Shown here piece after piece: positions 55,148 through 64,000 of a stretch of 64,000 nt of DNA. The DNA is from Macrostomum lignano (taxonomy: Eukaryota). Below the pieces are notes generated by a model. It was not told the DNA's origin and searched no databases. It saw only the letters and a list, made by a program, of their open reading frames with translations. The position numbers and the translations under genes are program-made. The DNA lies in contig NIVC01000206.1 of the NCBI GenBank assembly GCA_002269645.1, forward strand, positions 62,001 to 126,000, in the 5' to 3' direction. How positions within the stretch are numbered: the first letter of the stretch is position 1; every line of letters begins with the position of its first letter.

Positions 55148-55844
55148 TTATATAAAAGTTAAAAATCGTTGATACTTGATAGTGAGGTGGGGATGGACTG
55201 CGGAGAAACAAACAAATTGGCGAGTTGGGGTGGGTTGGGCAAATTTGAATTGCCGCTGGCGTCGAGTTCGCCCCGATCGAGTTTAGCCGGAAAATCGCGC
55301 AGTCGAATCTCAACAAACTTCTCCTGCGGGTTACTCCATCTGCCGGGGTCCTCTGCAATTCCGGGGGGGGGGGGTATAGTCGTAATCGCAGTCGAGCGGT
55401 CGTTAGCAGGCATGGTCGTTTAAGTTGGGTCCTCAGACATCGTGACTGGCCTCGGGATGTGATCCGTCAGATTTAACGTTCGGCGCCTGTCAGTAGTAGA
55501 ATTAGTCGGTGCGGCTTCGGCTGTGTGGCGGCATACACACACTGTATGGCTCGGGGTCTGGAGATCCCTCCTCATGATCGCTACTTGAACCGGTCGCCGT
55601 AATGCTGATGTGCACGAAAGCAGCTTCGGCGTCAATGTCGCTCGTTTTCGATTCGTCAGCCGATGATGATGATGTACCGCGGAGCTGTCAGCGTCGCTGC
55701 TGAACCTCACTTTCTGGAACACAGGACGCGGGGCGAGCGGGTTTGCAGCGGTCATCTCTGGCTGCACTGTGGTCGCTGTCCTCGTCGTCTTCAGCTGTAG
55801 TCGGCGGCTCCTAGTAGGGAATTGCATTTCGTGCTACTTATATA

Positions 55845-56912
55845 CAAGGACTTCTAGACTAACAGGACGTAAAACTCAAAGATCGTGCAATTTTTTGGAG
55901 GCCACGATTTCCTGGAAAAAATACACTGCGAAGATAGGAAAAAATCTGTTTTTCGTCACAAAATCTGTGATTGTATTTGATCTGGGGCAGTGAAGACTAC
56001 CATTCTTTTAATTTAACATGCACAATATGTTACTCTATTATATTTTCATATAGCTGTGTAGTGAAGTTTTCATTTTCATATTGTTTTCACTATATTTCAT
56101 AAGCCCAAAGTTGCAAACTCACAAGTGGCATTAGCCAAATATCAAATTCAAGAAAAGAAAAGCTATTCAAATTTGTAATATAATAATATTTTTAGCCTTT
56201 AAAATAAAAGTTATAAAAGGACTAATCAATGTTTTTTCTTATAGATACCTAGTAAAAATGGTTAGGGCCTATTTTTGTGATTAAGTCTATTCTTCTTAAA
56301 TCTTAGTCTTAAATATAGGCTTGGCTTAAAAACTGATAATACAGCTTTCTCAAGCCTAGGTAACCAACCATATGAAACTATTTATTGGTAATCTATATTT
56401 AATAAAAAAATCTAAATATACTAATCTCTAAGTCATTGTCTAAATTTAATTACTTATTAGGCTAGATAGTGTAGTGATAGGTCTAGTTCTAGTAGGCCTA
56501 GGAATTAGTATAGTTACTAAACCTACAATAATAGCTTAAGACTAAGAGTACCTACTTGCAATGTTTTTATACTTTATTTTAAAAAGAACAACACAAAAAG
56601 TTTGGCTAATGCCACTTGTGAGTTTGCAACTTTAGGCTTATGAAATAAAGTGAAAACAATATGAAAATGAAAACTTCACTACACAGCTATATGAAAATAT
56701 AATAGAGTAACATATTGTGCATGTTAAATTGTAACAATTTAAATTGTAAAAGAATGGTAGTCTTCACTGCCCCAGATCAAATACAATCACAGATTTTGTG
56801 ACGAAAAACTGATTTTTTCCTATCTTCGCAGTGTATTTTTTCCAGGAAATCGTGGCCTCCAAAAAATTGCACGATCTTTGAGTTTTACGTCCTGTTAGTC
56901 TAGAAGTCCTTG
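55845..56912. mobile_element. Non-autonomous hAT element with ~295-bp TIRs, copy 1
   Basis: CAAGGACTTCTAGAC...GTCTAGAAGTCCTTG with a perfect 8-bp TSD cttatata on both sides. Confidence 0.92.
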
Positions 56913-57299
56913 CTTATATATAGCTGCTATAGGCGACCTCTGCGAGTCCTGGTAACGGCTGGCTGATGGCCTCGGCTTCGCTGCCAGCGGGTGCAGCTTG
57001 GTCAGCGGGTTGCTGTCGGCTGTCGGTGTTGCTGGCGGCGTAGCTTCACCGTTGGACTCATTCGACTTATTCGAAAGGTCTTCGTCGCTTTCGGCGGGTC
57101 GACGGTTTCTTGCTTGGTGGAGGATGCGCAGGATGTCACTGCTGGCTGCTCCTCGTCGGCTGCCTCTCGCTGAGCCTCCTCCAGGCATTTGGCGTCGTCC
57201 TCTGGCCTTCTCGAGAGACCGTCGGCGTTTTGATGCTGACTAGATTTGCGGTGCTGGATCTCGAACTCAAATTCACTGAGCCTCTGTAGCCATCTTCCG

Positions 57300-57664
57300 A
57301 AGATGCCTAGCTACTTGTTGAGTTCGCTTCAGGATCCAGGTCAACGCTGCAATGGTTGGTTCGGCAGATGAACTTCTTGGCCAGCAGCAGGTAGAAGCGG
57401 AAGAGTCGCATTCCGTCTATGACTGCCAATAGTTCTTGTTTCGTAATCGGATATCGGGCTTCGGCTGGTTTCAGTCTTTTGGAGAAATAGCCGATCCCGT
57501 CAGCTTGGCGTTGGCTCAAGCAGGCTCCGATTCTGGTCGCGAACGGCGCCCTCTGATTTTCCCATTAACGCCCTTAAAGCATGGGTATTAATGTACTATT
57601 CAGCGAGGACCCTAATATGACGTTCATCCTGGACACGGATGCTTCCGCGACCAGAATCGGAGCC
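57300..57664 (-). pseudogene. Ty3/gypsy RNase H fragment, partly inverted
   Basis: Minus strand: ATRIGACLSQRQADGIGYFSKRLKPAEARYPITKQELLAVIDGMRLFRFYLL..KFICRTNH. The preceding DPNMTFILDTDAS is on the plus strand at 57608-57664. Confidence 0.85.
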
Positions 57665-58026
57665 AAATTAACTGCCCGCTAGTTTGCATTAAAGTAAGTT
57701 TGACATAGACAATAGGGCGTTAAGTATAAGATATTCTATGGGTTTGAGGTCGGTATGTGATTAAATCGGATTTAAGTGAAATACCGACCGAAAAACCCAT
57801 AGAATATCTTATTTAAACTACTTTAATTTTGCGGGATGTATTCAGATAAATCCCGGAGCCATACTTGTAATGTCTATGGTTGAAGTTGGGGATGGGGGTG
57901 TGGGGGCGAAGCCCCTGCTGGGGGTGTGGGGACGAAGCCCCCACATTCTTACCATAGACAAAATTTCATTAAAAAATTTCTCGAGTCACGATGGAAGAGA
58001 AGAAAGAAGCTCACTTATTTAGATCC

Positions 58027-59057
58027 CAAGGACTTCTAGACTAACAGGACGTAAAACTCAAAGATCGTGCAATTTTTTGGAGGCCACGATTTCCTGGAAA
58101 AAATACACTGCGAAGATAGGAAAAAATCTGTTTTTCGTCACAAAATCTGTGATTGTATTTGATATGGGGCAGTGAAGACTACCATTCTTTTAATTTAACA
58201 TGCACAACATGTTACTCTATTATATTTTCATATAGCTGTGTAGTGAAGTTTTCATTTTCATATTGTTTTCACTTTATTTCATAAGCCCAAAGTGTTGCAA
58301 ACTCACAAGTGGCATTAGCCAAACTTTTTGTGTTGTTCTTTTTAAAATAAAGTATAAAAACATTGCAAGTAGGTACTCTTAGTCTTAAGCTATTATTGTA
58401 GGTTTAGTAACTATACTAATTCCTAGGCCTACTAGAACTAGACCTATCACTACACTATCTAGCCTAATAAGTAATTAAATTTAGACAATGATTTTTTTAT
58501 TATATATAGATTACCAATACATAGTTTCATATGGTTGGTTACCTAGGCTTGAGAAAGCTGTATTATCAGTTTTTAAGCCAAGCCTATATTTAAGACTAAG
58601 ATTTAAGAAGAATAGACTTAATCACAAAAATAGGCCCTAACCATTTTTACTAGGTATCTATAAGAAAAAACATTGATTAGTCCTTTTATAATTTTTATTT
58701 TAAAGGCTAAAAATATTGTTATATTACAAATTTGAATAGCTTTTCTTTTCTTGAATTTGATATTTGGCTAATGCCACTTGTGAGTTTGCAACTTTGGGCT
58801 TATGAAATAAAGTGAAAACAATATGAAAATTAAAACTTCATTACATAGCTATATGAAAATATAATAGAGTAACATGTTGTGCATGGTAAATTAAAAGAAT
58901 GGTAGTCTTCACTGCCCCAGATCAAATACAATCACAGATTTTGTGACGAAAAACAGATTTTTTCCTATCTTCGCAGTGTATTTTTTCCAGGAAATCGTGG
59001 CCTCCAAAAAATTGCACGATCTTTGAGTTTTACGTCCTGTTAGTCTAGAAGTCCTTG
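58027..59057. mobile_element. Non-autonomous hAT element, copy 2 (interior inverted relative to copy 1)
   Basis: Same TIRs as copy 1, with a perfect 8-bp TSD ttagatcc at 58019-58026 and 59058-59065. Confidence 0.92.
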
Positions 59058-59289
59058 TTAGATCCATACAATAATCCTTGCAATATATCCGGGAAAGTGA
59101 TCGATTAAATCCCGCAAAAACAAATCTATGTCAATAACCTCCCTGAAAGTGAGCTTTAAAGTGGTTTAAATGTCATTAACTGCCCGCTAATTTGCATTAA
59201 AGTAAGTTTGACTCCTGCAAGCGGGCTTAAATGTAGTCTATGGCATTAAAAGGCAAGAATAAGTGCCCAGCGGGCACAAAGGTCATGGT

Positions 59290-59800
59290 ACAATTGCGGA
59301 TACGCGAGTACTGAGGTCGAAGTCATAGCTGCCTAGAGCTGGTCGAACGCGTCTTGCTGGGCTTTACCCCATAGACAGTTGAAGTTGCGAATCGTTTCTG
59401 CTTAATTAAATCATGGAGTGGAGCTGCCAATTCTGCGTAGCCAGATACGAATTTTTCATAAGACAAAACTTTTTAAGTTGGCGGGCTGTTCTTGGCCTTG
59501 GCCAGGTTTGAATAGCTTCGATCTTGGCTGGGTCGGTCTTGATGCCGTCTTTAGTTACTAAATGTCCCAGATAGTTTAAGCTTGCCCGAAATAGATGACA
59601 CTTCTTTCCTTTGAACTTTAAATTAGCGACTAGAACGCGTTTAAAGACTTCTTCCATATGTTTCAGATGGTCGGCGAATTTCTTAGAATAGACTATTACG
59701 TCATCCAAATAAGCTATTGCACTTTTGTCTATGATCCGGCGTCATTAGTCGCATAAAACTGGCCGGTGCTGAACTTAGTCCCATACATTACATTGTAGGC
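59290..59800 (-). pseudogene. Ty3/gypsy reverse transcriptase/connection fragment
   Basis: GLSSAPASFMRLM, AYLDDVIVYS, KCHLFRASLNYLGHLV, FVSGYAELAAPL, WGKAQQDAFDQL*AAMTSTSVLAYP; frameshifts and a stop. Confidence 0.9.
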
Positions 59801-61486
59801 GAATTGTCCGCGGTGCAGCGCAGTCAGATCTTGATCTTCTTGACGAGTTGGGGTGGGTTGGGCAAATTTGAATTGCCGCTGGCGTTGAGTTCGCACGAAT
59901 TAAGCCGGAAAATCGCGCCGTCGAATCTCAACAAATTTCTCTTGGTTACGATCCGTCTGCCGGGGTCCTCAATTCCGGGGGAGAGTAGTCGTAATCGCAA
60001 TCGAGCGGTCGTTAGCAGGCACCATCGTTCAAATTGGGTCCTCAGACACCATAATTTAATGTACGTCGATTTGCGTTGAAGTTTACTAGGAGTAGCGTAT
60101 GCTGCCACCACCGTAATTTACGTTTTACGGAACGGTAACTTCACGGGCAAATTACTCGTATATACATGTAAGATAGAGCTATGGACTTAATCGATCAAGG
60201 AATAACTGTTGCTTAAATAATGGTCACGTTTATTGGTATTAAATTTGGGAGCGAGTTCAGTGAGGACGTACGACGGTGAGATTTGTCAGCCGCGGTGCGC
60301 GAGGCTAAAGGTATCGTAAAAATGGCTAGTTGTTTTGCACTAAGTGTGGGCTGAGCAAAATAATAAATTTGTGGTCAGAAGTCAAGTACAAAGTCGAGCA
60401 AAAGTTGAGTAAAAGTTAAGTAAAACAAAAACGGCGATTGGCATATAAATAAAGCATGCAAAACAGCACATGGACCGAGGGGTCCAAGAGATGGGAAGTG
60501 GGCAACCAGGATACGGAGCGTTGGGCTCCAAGCGCTGGGCAACCAAGGCTCGCAAATGGAAAGCAGCGAAAAATCCGCAGGTTTACGCAAAAAACAAAAA
60601 AGAAAAAAGAAAACTGGAGCAGAGGGGCAGGGAAAGTAGCTGCGCCCAAACCACACAAGGGACAGAAAGGGGCCAAAGCCGGGAATGGGAATGACGACAT
60701 TTCGTCATAGGGGTGGGTTCTCACGGTGGACAACTGGGACCAAACCTGGGAAGCAAAAAAGTCGAAACTTTAAAAGTCGAAAGTCACGAAAGTTCCAAAA
60801 AAGCTCGTAATAAAGATAAAAATAAAGTGGTTGCTCCTCTACGATTACTACAATAGATTGCTTCGATTTCGGGAGTAAGTTGACAGCACGTACGAGCTAC
60901 TGCTAGAAAAAGTTGTTTGGTTAGGAACGGTCTATATTTCGTAGAAAAAAAGGTCAAATTGGATTACGAATTCATTCTATAATTACAGGTAGCTTTCATT
61001 CTTTTCTACACAATCGATAGCCAAGCTAGACAGCCATTGTTTCCGCTGGCAAACAATGGCAACCAAATGGTGTTTGGTTTTCCTCAGCAGTCATTCTTAC
61101 TGGAAGCTGCGGCGCTAGAAGCAGCGCGAAATCGAATACAAAACTTTACAGGAAGCTTGAGTTTCGGTCCGACTCTGGATGCAGGCGAAACTCTACCAAC
61201 AAGTTGATGTGCAGCAGTTAGGAAGCTGACTTAAGTAAGGCATCAGGCCCTGTCTCGGTCCGGAAATCTTCGCAACTTGCAATTCCCTTGAGTTGATTAA
61301 AACTTCTCTGCTGCAGTAGCTGTTACTGTTTTTTGTCTGTAAATTTACTGTAGTGGCTTTGTTGTTGTTGAACGGGGGTGGGTAGCCTAGGGGCTCCCGC
61401 GGATCAGCCCTGGTGGGGCTCTGCCGCTGAGGGGCACTTCCAGGGGCATATAGCCCGAGATACCCCGAGATTGGGAAATTGTACAC

Positions 61487-61915
61487 TATACCTTTTTGCA
61501 ATCAATTTCGTCGTTTTTGCGTTCAATTTCGGTGCGAGCGCTAGTGTGCAGTCTAAACAACTGAGCCATAGACACTGGGCAACTTTTGCGTTCAAATTCG
61601 GCCTTTTTGCGTCCTATTTCGGCAGCTTACGGCATCAAACATACTTGCGGAGACGACTATAGGCCTGCTTTAGGAGAAAAATTTTTCGTCTCACCCTCAC
61701 TGAATGCGATCGAGTGAGAAAGTGTCTATGGCAAAAACATTCGAACTGCGCCCACAGTGCGGCCCATGTGAGTGCGCTGCCGAAATAGGACGCAAAAAGG
61801 CCGAATTTGAACGCAAAAGTTGCCCAGTGTCTATGGCTCAGTTGTTTGGACTGCACACTAGCGCTCGCGCCGAAATTGAACGCAAAAACGACGAAATTGA
61901 TTGCAAAAAGGTATA
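61487..61915. mobile_element. MITE with 140-bp TIRs and TA-type ends
   Basis: Arms at 61487-61626 and 61776-61915 are near-perfect reverse complements (TATACCTTTTTGC...GCAAAAAGGTATA). Each arm carries CCATAGAC/GTCTATGG. Confidence 0.85.
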
Positions 61916-63231
61916 CTAACCCAAGCCTTATGGACTAAGACACCGCCAACCCAATATTTGTGGAATCAGGGACGGTGCAAGGACCGAATCCACCCAAGCC
62001 ACCACCCAGCAGACAATTCTCGGGAGTGCGCGAAAAAAAGAAATTGGATTGATCTAAATTGGATCTAACTTAGGATACTACACTGAGAAGCTGTCCGAGA
62101 GTGGGGAGACCCAGAAGTCTCGGAAATGGCTTAATTTTAGAGCGAGTCTGGAAGGCTTGTTTCGGCTTGTTGAGGGCGAGTCTCCTGTCAGGCAGGACCA
62201 CCTATGACTACCTACAGGGCTGCGAGCCCAAGGGTATCACCTATCCAGCTCTATATTGGAGGCCAGGCCAAGGAGGCGGCGAGGGGCACAAGGGGCAAGA
62301 GGACCCGGACTCAGCCGGTTTTCCCCGATTCGGGACGAACTTCAACCCCAGGACTCCAATCCACTGTCAGAGATGAGAGCCGAGACAGGGAGACAACCAG
62401 AGGAGCCAGCAGATGAACCAAGGCAGGCAAAATGGACCGGGCAGGTAGGGCAGAGCTCAAAACTCCAAAGATTGGAATGGAAATCTAATGGCCGGGTAAA
62501 ACACAAAGGATTAAAAACTGGGATGTCAGCCCAGATAAAAACACAAAGAATAAAAGCAGAAAATGGGAGGAGCACCTGAACCCCAACCCGGGGCCAGCCT
62601 CAGGGCTAGCATCAACTGGGCTCTACCGTAAACCTTTGTGAATGGTCATCTTTCCTGCAGGGCGGGTGCGACCGGGGGGCTCAAGTCCCGTTCTAGCCAC
62701 ACTGCAGTCCAGATCTCCAACTCACTGCCAGGTACACCCCTATCCAAAGGCCGATGGCCAAACAATTGGAATGAAATGATTGGGTCTATTTTTAGCTGTA
62801 TACATCACCTCCGGTGAGGACACTTTTGGATTGGGCTAGCGAGAGCCAGGCCAATTGGATTGCGCACAACCCTAGAAATGCCGCCAGAGAGGCAGCCAGG
62901 GTAAAAACAGTCAGAGACCGTCTTAATGGCTTTACGAGCAAGCTCTAGTTACCCAGTTTATGCCATCAGAAACATAGAACGGAAGCAAAAAATACCAAAA
63001 TTTTGATGCTAATTAAGTCGTAAGACAGCAAATATTTCCTTGAACTCTTCGCTCGTACGTAATAATTGAAAAAAAGAAAATTCAAAACAAGCTTTGGTAT
63101 TGGGAAACTGTTAAGTTACCAAATATTGAAAACTTTCATAGTTTTTGTTCGTTTCAATTTTACTTCAGACATGTCGTTATAGTTTGATTTCGTGGAATTA
63201 ACAGTCCAAATTCTTTGGACTGTTATGAGGT

Positions 63232-63990
63232 TCACACGTGAATCCGTTTGTACTTCATCCACTGCAGCATCTCTTCGTTGTTGGCAGAAAAGCCAGAGTC
63301 ACTCAGCGGCAGGCTGGCGTCAAAGTAGGGCAGCAGGACGCACTGCCTCCTCACCGGGTGCCAGTAGTATCCGATGCAGTCCTCAAACTCGAAAACAAGA
63401 CAGGCCTGGGAGCAGTGGAAGTGAGTTTTAGCCCTTGGTTCCTTGATCCAGCAGCCCGGGTCGGGCTGGTTGTACGCGACGATTTCCGTGCGAACAAATT
63501 TACCAGTGGTCGCTTTGTTGGAGATTCGGTTGGCCACAGCGGCATCCTCGTAACAGAAAACGTTGTTTAGATCATTGCAAGTCTCGTCCCTCAGCTTTCT
63601 TTCTGAGTCACTTTTTATTGTCACACAGTCTTGGTTGTTGTCCAGATTATTTGGTTCCGTACTTAGGAAATATGATCCACTAGCATCCGTGACCTGGCCA
63701 TCCTTGATCCAAACCCAGCCGTCTTTCTGAGTGCCTCTCTCGTTCAGCGCATCGACCAGTCCGACCCACCATCTGTCACCGGAAAAGCTCACAGCCGCCA
63801 TGGCGTCGTGCACAGACTTGCTGATCATTTCGTGGCCGTGCTCGTGACAAATCCTAATAGCATCGCAGAATGTCACCTGTTTATCGTAATTCTTGACACA
63901 CCAAGACTTTCCAGAATTGTTGACCGCAATCAACCCGCCAGAACAAGTCGCGGCAACAGAGGCAGGCATTAACAGAAGGGCAGCTACCAT
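63232..63990 (-). CDS. Secreted C-type lectin domain + PAN/Apple domain protein (may extend 5' beyond the window)
   Basis: Hydrophobic N-terminus; CTLD motifs WWVGL, WVW, EPN, QDCV, RDETC; C-terminal CSQAC...CIGYYW....RQCVL PAN pattern. There is no upstream in-frame stop before the window edge. Confidence 0.82.
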   Translation of the reverse strand: MVAALLLMPASVAATCSGGLIAVNNSGKSWCVKNYDKQVTFCDAIRICHEHGHEMISKSVHDAMAAVSFSGDRWWVGLVDALNERGTQKDGWVWIKDGQVTDASGSYFLSTEPNNLDNNQDCVTIKSDSERKLRDETCNDLNNVFCYEDAAVANRISNKATTGKFVRTEIVAYNQPDPGCWIKEPRAKTHFHCSQACLVFEFEDCIGYYWHPVRRQCVLLPYFDASLPLSDSGFSANNEEMLQWMKYKRIHV

Positions 63991-64000
63991 TGGAAGGAGT

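Noticed and set aside
59369-59376. CCATAGAC as an element end pairing with 59236
   Set aside because: It lies within gypsy coding sequence (..CLWGKAQQ..) and is probably coincidental. It is included in the motif count but not treated as a cassette.

Overview
Eukaryotic (metazoan) genomic DNA with spliced genes, GC-rich exons and very many minisatellites and transposon relics. The style suggests a free-living flatworm such as Macrostomum, but this is a guess. Supported genes: a secreted PAN/Apple + LamG-like protein (1.1-2.1 kb), a 4-exon kinesin light chain (8.4-12.8 kb), an unknown 4-TM protein (22.4-23.0 kb), a rhodopsin-family peptide-type GPCR (33.7-34.8 kb), the last two exons of a C1orf131/DUF4602-like gene (50.3-51.4 kb, minus) and a C-type lectin + PAN protein (63.2-64.0 kb, minus). 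Mobile DNA includes hAT, Mutator-like and TA-flanked MITEs, an inverted pair of ~1.6 kb LTR-like repeats, a decayed RT+RNase H LINE, Ty3/gypsy fragments and a Crypton-like tyrosine-recombinase N-terminal fragment. Two observations stand out. (1) The 21-bp 'minisatellite' at 47.5-48.4 kb reads as a signal-peptide protein with 41 KGGQRWN units whose recurrent unit variation is synonymous, with one internal TGG>TGA. (2) The octamer CCATAGAC/GTCTATGG is strongly enriched, bounds small elements, forms its own tandem array and surrounds the Crypton-like ORF. No CRISPR array, rRNA or intact tRNA was found. All calls were made by eye without database searches.
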